A DNA stretch of 34,794 nucleotides from a virus (taxonomy: Duplodnaviria > Caudoviricetes), in the IMG/VR virus record IMGVR_UViG_3300038675_000203, positions 1 to 34,794 of that record. One strand, given 5' to 3'. Under the pieces are notes generated by a model. That model saw only the letters and a program-made list of their open reading frames with translations, had not been told where the DNA came from and did not search any database. A program made the translations under genes and the position numbers. Positions 8,071 to 16,709 of the stretch are shown piece after piece. The first letter of the stretch is position 1. Each line of letters begins with the position of its first letter.

Positions 8071-9063
8071 ATGACAGGTTCAATTGAAGAGTTACAGAGA
8101 ATGGAGCTCGCAGCTGGCGATGAAATTTCCCACGCAGATATAACTGCAAGGATACCAGAAGTTTGGGCTGCAGAAATCGAGGCTCGTGCCGAGATTGAGA
8201 GAGTATTTAAGAAATATTGTAAGGTTAACACCGACCTCGTTGGTCGCGCTGGTGACACTATTAAGATTCCAAGACGCGCATATGTAGATCTTAACACATA
8301 CGCAGCTACTGCACAGTCTGAATTGGTGACTATGACACAGAACTTCGAGCTCGAACTCGAGACTGTTACACTTACACCTACCGAAATGGGTATATCTGGT
8401 CGTATTTCCAAGCAGGCAATTGACGAAGCTATGATTTCACTGCTTAATGATACCCAGGCCGGTCTCGCTTTAGCAATGGCAGATAAGGAAGATCAGGATA
8501 TTCTTACCGCAATTATGGCAACCGCAGTATCTGGTGGACCAAAGTATGTTAATGCAAAGAAGAATGCAACCACATTTACTTCTGGGGATTACACAACTGC
8601 ATTCGCTAGTGCAGCAATCACTGGTGTTACCGCCGCAGATGTACTCGATCTTTCAGTAATTGTTGAAGCATCTGAAGTGATTATGCCATCCAATGGATTT
8701 AAGGCAGACACTTTATTCATCCACCCAAGACAGAAAGCTTCCCTGCTCCGCAGTGAGGACTTTATTAATGCTGCACGTGCAGGTGCAACTAGCGCAAGGT
8801 CAAATGCAAGCGTTGCAAATGTTTGGGGTCTTGAGGTTGTGTCTTCTCGTAGAGTTCCAACCCATGCAATATCTGGTTCAGTAACTGGTTATCAGGCAAT
8901 TCTGATTGACTCTAAGAATGCAGTAGCACTCGCATACAAGAGACCAATTACCGTTGAAACTGAATACAAGCCTGCTGAGCGTATGTACTACTTCTACGTC
9001 ACTAGCATGTATCAGGCAAAGAGACTCAACGACGGTGCTGTCGTAATTATCAACAGTGCTTAA
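8071..9063 (+). CDS. Major capsid protein (HK97 fold, N4-gp56-like family)
   Basis: IPEVWAAEI, GRAGDTIKIP, LFIHP, VWGLEVV motifs; 330 aa; AGGTGA SD; follows the protease. Confidence 0.92.
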   Translation: MTGSIEELQRMELAAGDEISHADITARIPEVWAAEIEARAEIERVFKKYCKVNTDLVGRAGDTIKIPRRAYVDLNTYAATAQSELVTMTQNFELELETVTLTPTEMGISGRISKQAIDEAMISLLNDTQAGLALAMADKEDQDILTAIMATAVSGGPKYVNAKKNATTFTSGDYTTAFASAAITGVTAADVLDLSVIVEASEVIMPSNGFKADTLFIHPRQKASLLRSEDFINAARAGATSARSNASVANVWGLEVVSSRRVPTHAISGSVTGYQAILIDSKNAVALAYKRPITVETEYKPAERMYYFYVTSMYQAKRLNDGAVVIINSA

Positions 9064-9077
9064 ATTAGGTGTTCCAT

Positions 9078-9428
9078 ATGGATAAAGAGGCGGAAAAAAT
9101 GCCTCCATCTTCCATATACGAATTACTATATCGCGTTGATGAGCGGCAAAATATTATTATCGAATCTTTTAAAGATGTAAAAGATGAGATAACTAGTATA
9201 AAAATTGATTTCAGGACGGCACAGGATCGGATGCGCGATGAAGTTATGAAATCAATTGATAATAAAGTTGAACCTTTAATTGTTAAAGTTAGCGCTTTAG
9301 AACAAAAGGTTCAAGTTTTAGAAAATAAAAATTCTGAACTCGCCGGTGGTAGTCGTTGGAGCAATAGAATTCTTGATGTTGTGTTGACAATATTGCTACT
9401 TTATATTTCTTATAAAGCTACATTTTAA
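9078..9428 (+). CDS. Small coiled-coil protein with C-terminal transmembrane helix (holin/XhlA-like architecture)
   Basis: Coiled-coil body then hydrophobic ILDVVLTILLLYISY. ATG 9078 follows AGGTG; the track starts at GTG 9069. Confidence 0.55.
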   Translation: MDKEAEKMPPSSIYELLYRVDERQNIIIESFKDVKDEITSIKIDFRTAQDRMRDEVMKSIDNKVEPLIVKVSALEQKVQVLENKNSELAGGSRWSNRILDVVLTILLLYISYKATF

Positions 9429-9475
9429 TGGTATGGCAATGATCATGTCGCCTCCGCATGTGAGCCAACCGCCAT
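9428..9475 (+). other. Kink-turn (box C/D-like) RNA hairpin
   Basis: TGGC-AAT-GA-T-CATG-(TCGCCTCCG)-CATG-T-GA-GCCA: canonical stem, 3-nt bulge, tandem G.A/A.G, U.U pair and a 4-bp stem. Confidence 0.55.
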
Positions 9476-9508
9476 CTATATATATAATGTGAGCATTTAT
9501 AATATATT

Positions 9509-9880
9509 ATGAACTCATCTATTAAAGGATTTTTAGCTGAGCAATTAGCAATTAGAAAATTACTTTTTTTAGGATTTGAAGTGTCACGTCCAGTTATAGA
9601 TACATATGGATATGACATCATATGTTGTAAAAATGATAACGTTATAAAATTACAGATAAAATCGCTTGGGACACCCGACGCAAACAATGGGTATAAATTC
9701 AGATTAGATAATAATACATATGATGATATAAATTATTTTTTATTTTATTTATCTGATATTGAAATATGGTATATAGTACCAGCAACATCATTAACTAACG
9801 TACATGTAATGTTATATGACACTTCAATTACATCAAAATATTTAATCTATAGAGAAGCATGGAATTTATTGGAGGCATAA
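9509..9880 (+). CDS. PD-(D/E)XK endonuclease (PDDEXK_5-like; probable free-standing homing endonuclease)
   Basis: KGFLAE...GFEVSRP..D..YDII...IKLQIKS pattern; visibly more AT-rich than flanking genes. Confidence 0.8.
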   Translation: MNSSIKGFLAEQLAIRKLLFLGFEVSRPVIDTYGYDIICCKNDNVIKLQIKSLGTPDANNGYKFRLDNNTYDDINYFLFYLSDIEIWYIVPATSLTNVHVMLYDTSITSKYLIYREAWNLLEA

Positions 9881-11100
9881 TGTCTAAAATAATAATTAAT
9901 AGTCAAGGTCCACACAGTCCTGCAGGCAATACTATTAATACAGGATTTGCAAAAGTTGCATATACTGTATGTAATGCATTAGCACCAACCAATGAGGTTG
10001 GGCATGTATGTCATGAGCATGAAGGACTATCGTTTGAGTTTAAGAATAAATTATTGAATACACAGTATTGGATTCACCGTGGTAATAAAAACTTTCAACA
10101 GTCAGCCAGTGAATTAAAACTGCATGTCGAACTTCGTAAACCGGACTTTGTAATAGGTATTGGCGAAGCCTGGGGCATGTATCACTATAAAGATATTAAT
10201 TTTAAAGATACACAACTTTTAATGCACGTTCCTGTTGATGGTGAACCATTTGATAGTACTCTGTCAACAGTTGCTCAAATGGCCGATCTTATGATACCAG
10301 CATCTCATTATGGTAAGAAAATATGCGATCTTAATAATTTACCAACATGTGATGTAATTCCACATGCATTTGATCCAAAGACATATATGCCTTTTAAACA
10401 GACACAAAGAGATGTGGCGCGTTCTAAATTCGGATTTACTGATGATCTATTTGTTGTTGGTTTTGTTGGTAGACAGCAGGAACGCAAAAATTTAATGGCG
10501 CTTATTATAGCATTTGAAAAGTTTGCCAGAGATAAAAATGATGTAAGACTTTTATTAAATATTACAATTGATAAATATTCAGACTTTAATCTCGTTCATA
10601 TGGTTAAATTTATGGGTCTCGGAGATAAAGTATTAATAGTTAATACCAATAATTCCAGTGAACGCGATATGGCTACAATGTACAATGCTCTTGATATGTA
10701 TATATCAACATCGTGCAGCGAAGGTTTTGATATTCCTGTATTGGAAGCTCAGGCGTGTGGCGTTCCATGTGCTGTAAGCGATTATTCTGCACATGTAGAA
10801 TTGGTTAAAGATCATGGTAAACTTATAGAAATTGGTGACTTTAGACCCATGCCTAATAATATATACTGGGCATATGTTAATATTGATGATACTGTTGCAT
10901 CAATGCAATATTATTATGATAGTATAAATGCTCGTCGTAAAGATGGCGCGGCCGCACTTGAATTTGTTAAGAAGTATTATACTACAGATGTAGTTAATAA
11001 ACTTTGGAATAATCTTATAACTAACTATGATGATATTAAAGAATCTGCTGAAAGCGTATTACCAGTTAGACGGATGGATATAAATGTTAAAGACGAGTAA
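9880..11100 (+). CDS. Glycosyltransferase, GT4 family (GT-B fold)
   Basis: TGFAKV N-terminal motif, VGFVGRQQERKN, EGFDIPVLEAQACG (EX7E). Start placed at ATG 9880 after GGAGG; the track start is 9859. Confidence 0.9.
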   Translation: MSKIIINSQGPHSPAGNTINTGFAKVAYTVCNALAPTNEVGHVCHEHEGLSFEFKNKLLNTQYWIHRGNKNFQQSASELKLHVELRKPDFVIGIGEAWGMYHYKDINFKDTQLLMHVPVDGEPFDSTLSTVAQMADLMIPASHYGKKICDLNNLPTCDVIPHAFDPKTYMPFKQTQRDVARSKFGFTDDLFVVGFVGRQQERKNLMALIIAFEKFARDKNDVRLLLNITIDKYSDFNLVHMVKFMGLGDKVLIVNTNNSSERDMATMYNALDMYISTSCSEGFDIPVLEAQACGVPCAVSDYSAHVELVKDHGKLIEIGDFRPMPNNIYWAYVNIDDTVASMQYYYDSINARRKDGAAALEFVKKYYTTDVVNKLWNNLITNYDDIKESAESVLPVRRMDINVKDE

Positions 11101-12232
11101 ATTATTATTTAATGGTGCTACAGATACTACCGGTTATGGTAGTGTCGGCACTTCATTTCTTAAACAATTGATTGGTAGTGGACTGCCAACAGAAAATATT
11201 CAGGTTAAAACAGACTTCTCCAGGATAGATAAATCGCACGGCGAAACCTGGGAATATGATCTTAAGAAAATGTGTCTTAATAATATTGGTCAGCCAGATT
11301 TGTTTTATAATTTATGGAATCCAATGTGTTCTACCGTTTACGATATAGATACCCCACAAATTTTAGAAACAGTATTTGAGACCGATTATATTCAGCAGAA
11401 TTGGGTAGACGCTTGTAACATGTATGATATTACATGGGTTCCATCACACTTCTGTGTTGAAACATTTAAACGTAGTGGTGTTAACAACGTCGTGTATATG
11501 CCATACGGATTTGATTTTAGCAATGACACAACTTCATTACCAAAGTTGGATGCAGATAAACGATTTAAGTTTTTATTCATCAATCAATGGAGTAATCGTA
11601 AGTTTGCTAAAGAAACTATAGAAGCATTCTGTAAAACATTTAAAGGTGGCGACAGCGTTGTTTTATACATTAGGACATTTGTGCTTGGCGGTCTTGGGTT
11701 ATCTCCATTGGATATTACTAAAGATATCAAAGAAGTTAAGAAACAATATCCAGATAGTCCACAAATTATCTTACTTGATCATTTCAATGATCTCACACTT
11801 AATAGATTATATAACTCTGTAGATTGTTTATTATCACCATCGCGCGGTGAAGGCGTCGGTCGTACAATTGTAGAAGCTATGAGTCACGGGCTTCCAGTTG
11901 TAACAACCAATTGGTCAGCGATGACAGAATATGCAAATGATAAAACTGCATATATGTTAGATTATGAACTTGTGCGTGTGCAGGTTCCAGAAGATGAGGC
12001 TCGCATATATTATTTTGCAGATAAACGCATGCATTGGGCAGAACCAAAGTTCGATCAACTTTGTGATACTATGAAACTCATAGTTGAGAATTATGATGAA
12101 GCTGCCATTAAGGGAGCAAATGCTTCTAAGTTTGTAAGAAAATATTATTCATGGGAAAAGTGTTTACCACCAAGAATTGATTGTATGGAGAAATTATTAG
12201 ATGACAACTATAGCTTTGGGGATATTAACTAA
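11084..12232 (+). CDS. Glycosyltransferase, GT4 family (GT-B fold)
   Basis: TGYG motif, VPSHF, RK motif, SRGEGVGRTIVEAMSHGLPVV (EX7E). Confidence 0.9.
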   Translation: MLKTSKLLFNGATDTTGYGSVGTSFLKQLIGSGLPTENIQVKTDFSRIDKSHGETWEYDLKKMCLNNIGQPDLFYNLWNPMCSTVYDIDTPQILETVFETDYIQQNWVDACNMYDITWVPSHFCVETFKRSGVNNVVYMPYGFDFSNDTTSLPKLDADKRFKFLFINQWSNRKFAKETIEAFCKTFKGGDSVVLYIRTFVLGGLGLSPLDITKDIKEVKKQYPDSPQIILLDHFNDLTLNRLYNSVDCLLSPSRGEGVGRTIVEAMSHGLPVVTTNWSAMTEYANDKTAYMLDYELVRVQVPEDEARIYYFADKRMHWAEPKFDQLCDTMKLIVENYDEAAIKGANASKFVRKYYSWEKCLPPRIDCMEKLLDDNYSFGDIN

Positions 12233-13910
12233 GAATGCAGGAGCTCAGCTTGAGCCCTTGCTTGAACAGTGTGCGCCATATGCAAATGAAATTATTATTG
12301 TCGATGGATTTTCAACAGATAATACGCGCGATCTTGCAAATAAATATAATGCTAAAATTTATGAGCGCGCATTCAATGGATCATTTGCAGATTTACGTAA
12401 TGAATTATTAAATCTTGCATCATCTGAATATATGTTAATGTTAGATTCAGATGAAACCATTGAAGACCCATTGGGACTGTTTAATAAAACTTACACAGAG
12501 GCTGCATATGCACTGCCGCGCCATAATTTTGTAGATTATGTAGATAAACCGGAGACATATCCTGATTATCAGACGCGCCTAATTAAAGTTAATTCTGGAT
12601 TAAGATATGAACGTGATGTACATGAAGTTATTAATGCTAAACCGGTGCCACTCGATATACATATAATTCATGATAAGCATACTGATAATGATAATAATAT
12701 TAATTATAAATCATTGCAGTCTGCTATAAAATCCAGAACATCTAGATGGATAGAATACATTGATATAACTAAATTTATAAGCTCTTATGGTGCTTATGAT
12801 ACAGAATATTTCGCCAATGGTGATGTGGCTCGCTGGTTCTCTAGTGATGCTGAATTAACATTTATGCTTAATTCTCCAGAAGCATCTGAATTGGAAATTA
12901 AAATATCAACATTCGGTCAATATAAATCTGTTGACATTGAATTGTATGCTGACACATCATGCATTGGTAAATTACAAAATATTACTGGCGCCGGATTATA
13001 TCACTTGCAATTAAATGATAATGTCACACATGCACCATGTGAGGTTAAACTTGTAATAACCGGACATGATAAATATATGGACATTGAAGTTAGAGACTTA
13101 TGTATATTTGTTGATCATATAGCATTCACAAGTAATTATGTAAGTGGTACGCTTAAACTTACATGGGATGAAACTAAGAAATATTTAATGCACGGTTTCG
13201 CATATGATGAAGCTATCATGGCATGTATTCGTGCAAGCGGCTGGTGGGAAACAGATAATCAGGAATGGATGCATAAACTTATACAGGAAGACTTCGTCTG
13301 CCTGGATATTGGTGCCAACATTGGTTCACTTGCAATACCGATGGCTGCTTTATGTAATAAAGTATATGCATTCGAGGCTGGGTTTGAAATCTTTGGTATG
13401 TTGAAAACTAATGTTATTTCCAATAATATTGATAATATTGAACCATTGTATCTTGCAGTCTCAAATAAGAAAGATATTGTATACTTCCATCATAATCGCG
13501 GTAATGTTGGTGGATCATATGTAACAAGTGATTCTGATTCTCATGTTACAAGTGCTGTTCAAGCAATACGCCTTGATACTTGGGCTAAAGATAATCTAAA
13601 GCGCCTTGATTTTGTCAAATGCGATATTGAAGGATTTGAAGTTAAGTTTTTAAAAGGCGCTAAGCAGACACTTAAGAAGTATAAACCGATTATGCTAATC
13701 GAATTTAATCCTACTGCCTATAATAATAATTCAAAGGATGATACAATAGATGATCTGTGGAAAGAACTGACTGCTATATATGAATATATATATGTAATTG
13801 AAGGTCCGGCAACTTTGAGACGCGTGACTACAATATCAGAAGCTTGTCAGCGCATTGATGGTACGAAGCGTACACTCGAGGATCTTTTGTGTTCAACGAG
13901 TGAGATTTAA
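12201..13910 (+). CDS. Fusion of GT2 glycosyltransferase, beta-sandwich linker and FkbM-family SAM methyltransferase
   Basis: N-terminal GILTKN..EIIIVDGFSTDNT..FADLRN..LDSDE..YPDYQTRL..VHE (GT-A, beta-1,4-glucosyltransferase/SunS-like). C-terminal LDIGANIG..VYAFEA..LDFVKCDIEGFE (FkbM). Confidence 0.9.
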   Translation: MTTIALGILTKNAGAQLEPLLEQCAPYANEIIIVDGFSTDNTRDLANKYNAKIYERAFNGSFADLRNELLNLASSEYMLMLDSDETIEDPLGLFNKTYTEAAYALPRHNFVDYVDKPETYPDYQTRLIKVNSGLRYERDVHEVINAKPVPLDIHIIHDKHTDNDNNINYKSLQSAIKSRTSRWIEYIDITKFISSYGAYDTEYFANGDVARWFSSDAELTFMLNSPEASELEIKISTFGQYKSVDIELYADTSCIGKLQNITGAGLYHLQLNDNVTHAPCEVKLVITGHDKYMDIEVRDLCIFVDHIAFTSNYVSGTLKLTWDETKKYLMHGFAYDEAIMACIRASGWWETDNQEWMHKLIQEDFVCLDIGANIGSLAIPMAALCNKVYAFEAGFEIFGMLKTNVISNNIDNIEPLYLAVSNKKDIVYFHHNRGNVGGSYVTSDSDSHVTSAVQAIRLDTWAKDNLKRLDFVKCDIEGFEVKFLKGAKQTLKKYKPIMLIEFNPTAYNNNSKDDTIDDLWKELTAIYEYIYVIEGPATLRRVTTISEACQRIDGTKRTLEDLLCSTSEI

Positions 13911-13968
13911 ATAGTATATGTGTTATGACAGAACATATGTTGGATGAACATGCTATATGCATGGAGGT
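13905..13968 (+). promoter_or_regulatory. TATA, leader hairpin and SD with the same layout as 1127-1190
   Basis: ATTTAAATA 13905-13913; TGAACATGC-TATAT-GCATG-GAGGT 13945-13968. Confidence 0.55.
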
Positions 13969-13973
13969 TAAAC

Positions 13974-14198
13974 ATGCTTGAAGTCATAACACCATATATG
14001 GATACTATTTTAGTAGCAATAGCTAGCGGTGTGTTATCTATTGTTGCTTATGCGAAGATTGCTGTTAAAAATATTACACCAGAAGAGGCAGAGCACATTG
14101 CTCTTGAAGTCGTAACTGCTATGGGTGATGGTGTACTTTCACCAGAGGAAAAGCAGAACATAATTAAAGACGCTATAGTGGCCATGCGCTCTAAGTGA
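13974..14198 (+). CDS. Small membrane protein, holin-like
   Basis: N-terminal hydrophobic helix ILVAIASGVLSIVAYA and charged C-terminus (DGVLSPEEKQNII). ATG 13974 follows GGAGGT; the track start is 13944. Confidence 0.55.
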   Translation: MLEVITPYMDTILVAIASGVLSIVAYAKIAVKNITPEEAEHIALEVVTAMGDGVLSPEEKQNIIKDAIVAMRSK

Positions 14199-14207
14199 AG
14201 GTTTAAT

Positions 14208-15035
14208 ATGAGAGCAACGTTTGCGTTTCCAGATAGAACTCTGGAGACTGCTATAATTTATGTCGATGGTGTTGAACTCGATAGAGTGTCATCAGACTCA
14301 CTTGAATATGTAATAGATGATGATTCATTTGTTGACAGTACAATTACCGTTGCCTATACGGATGGATCTACAACCACTGATGAAATTACTATTGTAACAT
14401 TTGAACAAAAGGTTATTCAAGCCGTAACTGATAAAGTAACAGTTGATAATATTCCTGTTGAAGACATCTTAAAATTAATTGATCCGTGTCGCAGAGAAAT
14501 AATAATTGATCTGTGTAAATATCATTATGGTGAAGAGATCGTATGGATTAAAGATTCATATTATAAATTACCGAATCGCTGGTTCTTTGATTATAATGGT
14601 GGCGGTGAAATATCAACATTTGATATTGAATTTTATAGTCAGACAATACCAATATATGAATTCACAACTAAAGATCCTGTGACAGTTCTGGCAATGAATG
14701 CGCGCGATCGCTGGGTTAAGCTAGATGCCAAGTTACCTTCAACGAAAATTTTAAAAGTTAATTATTATGCAACTCAGCGCGATCTGAAACAATATGATTT
14801 TATAGAATTATTATCTCTAAAAATTATATATAATTACTACCAGGATGCATATTCTAATATGTATTCAAGTACAGATGCCAGTGCTAATAAAATTAAAGTT
14901 GGTGATATAACTATTGAAAGTTCTACAGGTTCTACAAGTAATCAGAATTACTATATTGATAGATTAAATAAAGCGCGCGCCAGATACGTTGATAAAATCG
15001 AGAAATTTAAAAAAGGTTTCTATAGAACTAATTAA
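14208..15035 (+). CDS. Probable head-tail adaptor with extra beta-rich domains
   Basis: First gene of the neck cluster; C-terminal KIKVGDITIE hairpin plus helix is typical of gp15/gp6-like adaptors. Confidence 0.55.
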   Translation: MRATFAFPDRTLETAIIYVDGVELDRVSSDSLEYVIDDDSFVDSTITVAYTDGSTTTDEITIVTFEQKVIQAVTDKVTVDNIPVEDILKLIDPCRREIIIDLCKYHYGEEIVWIKDSYYKLPNRWFFDYNGGGEISTFDIEFYSQTIPIYEFTTKDPVTVLAMNARDRWVKLDAKLPSTKILKVNYYATQRDLKQYDFIELLSLKIIYNYYQDAYSNMYSSTDASANKIKVGDITIESSTGSTSNQNYYIDRLNKARARYVDKIEKFKKGFYRTN

Positions 15036-15094
15036 CCGGAATATTTAAATATCTTTCATAACACTACATGCTATATAAATGGTAGGAGATTCAA

Positions 15095-15448
15095 ATGGAT
15101 AAAACTAAATTTGCTGATGCCATCAGATCAATAGGCACACAGTTCACAAAATTATCTGTAGTTGAAGACATTGATTCTCATGGATATATGACAGAAGATG
15201 AGACTCCTGCCGGAACTTTTTATGCATCAATGCAAGGACATAAAGATTTAACTGAATCTGTTACGGCCGCCGGAACTATATATACTGGTAAATCATATTT
15301 TTATGTAGCTGAATCTGAAATTGCTCTTGCAGAGGGCGATAGATTTAGTGATAGTGAAGGTTCAGTATGGGTTGCTAAAAGTATAATAGATGATTATCGT
15401 AAAGTTGCTGGATATTCTAAGTGGATAGTCGAGCGAGTAATATTATGA
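15095..15448 (+). CDS. Probable head-closure (stopper) protein
   Basis: 117-aa beta-rich protein (D..G.......F.A..Q; EGDRF..W.) in the neck position; AGGAG SD and ATTTAAATA at 15043-15051. Confidence 0.6.
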   Translation: MDKTKFADAIRSIGTQFTKLSVVEDIDSHGYMTEDETPAGTFYASMQGHKDLTESVTAAGTIYTGKSYFYVAESEIALAEGDRFSDSEGSVWVAKSIIDDYRKVAGYSKWIVERVIL

Positions 15449-16062
15449 CGACCGATATTGATACAGCGATGAAGCACATTTATAATGGCATTGGTTATGG
15501 AGTTATGTATATAGCACATGGACTTGCAATTAATGCTGCCAAATCTATCGCTGAAGAATGGTCACGACTCGCGGCTGAAGGTATGCGCGATTATACAAAA
15601 TGGTATGAAGAAAAGAAATATAATACAGATAAACCTTTGCTTCATGATACATATACATTATTGCGCGGACTCACGTTTAATATTAAAGTAACTGCCGATT
15701 CTGCACTTATTTATATAACTATAGATGATGATGTAGAGCCAAGAAATATGGCATCAATTCAAAGTATATTTCATTGGCAAACCTATGGTGTTGATAAAAA
15801 ATATATTAACATTCCAGCAAGACCTATATTTTATAGTGTAATTGGTGATCTACAGTCTGCAAAGGTTATGAAGAAGAGATTATTAAAGACTGATAAAGCT
15901 TCAGCTCAATATAATTTTGATAATGGATATGTGCGCGGTAAAGATTATAAATATACAGATCCGGCTACCATTTTACGCCATGCAAAGAAATCTTTACCAG
16001 AGAAGCATTTTGAAGCCAAGATAAGTAATTATGTGACCGGCGAATTGAGGTGGTTAGAATAA
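15445..16062 (+). CDS. Neck/tail-completion (virion morphogenesis) protein
   Basis: PLLHDTYTL and YG....NIPARPIF motifs typical of this family. ATG 15445 overlaps the upstream TGA; the track start is 15421. Confidence 0.65.
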   Translation: MTTDIDTAMKHIYNGIGYGVMYIAHGLAINAAKSIAEEWSRLAAEGMRDYTKWYEEKKYNTDKPLLHDTYTLLRGLTFNIKVTADSALIYITIDDDVEPRNMASIQSIFHWQTYGVDKKYINIPARPIFYSVIGDLQSAKVMKKRLLKTDKASAQYNFDNGYVRGKDYKYTDPATILRHAKKSLPEKHFEAKISNYVTGELRWLE

Positions 16063-16709
16063 TATCATATGAAGATGAACAAACAATATATAGATTACTG
16101 CCATCCACAATTACTGTAGACGGTCAAACATTCTCTATTAAAAAGGTTGCACAAGCATACAAATTACCAGATTATGTTGGACCTACAATTGCTATACAAT
16201 ATGTTAATGAATTTGGGCTTGACTACCAATCTATAGAACAAGGTTATGAAGAAATAGACAGTTATTCATTTAGTCTATCTAAAGATTATAAAACTGTTTT
16301 ATTAGTAACAGTCGCTGCAGATGATACGGCGCCATTGCAGAAATCAGTAACATTTACATATGCTGGTTCAACCGTTCCTGATGAACCATATAAAACAATT
16401 ATTTCAGTTACCCCAAGTACGCCTGTACTTGGAGAACCGGTAACTGTAGTTTACACACGAATTATTCGTGGATATAATATTGTACGTACAATAATGCGCG
16501 CAATATATGATCTAGCGGACTACGAATTTCCGGTAGAAGTTACATTGAAAGGACAAACTCGCGATGTTTCAGAACTCGTAGGTCGAGAAACATTATGTGT
16601 GCTACAAGGTACACTCGTTCTTAAAAATGAATATACTAGCGTACATTCGTTCCCTGAAGAAAACACGCCTGTAGAGGCTTTGGAGATTGATATAGAATGC
16701 AATTCGTAA
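16050..16709 (+). CDS. Probable tail terminator protein
   Basis: Immediately upstream of and overlapping the sheath gene; P-x-I-x-I-x-Y motif; called mainly from synteny. Confidence 0.5.
   Translation: MVRIISYEDEQTIYRLLPSTITVDGQTFSIKKVAQAYKLPDYVGPTIAIQYVNEFGLDYQSIEQGYEEIDSYSFSLSKDYKTVLLVTVAADDTAPLQKSVTFTYAGSTVPDEPYKTIISVTPSTPVLGEPVTVVYTRIIRGYNIVRTIMRAIYDLADYEFPVEVTLKGQTRDVSELVGRETLCVLQGTLVLKNEYTSVHSFPEENTPVEALEIDIECNS

Noticed and set aside
9433-9495. Fluoride riboswitch-like words (GGCAATGA..TCGCC..AACCGC)
   Set aside because: P1 is mismatched, the pseudoknot complement is missing and the downstream gene is unrelated; the K-turn fold explains the sequence better.
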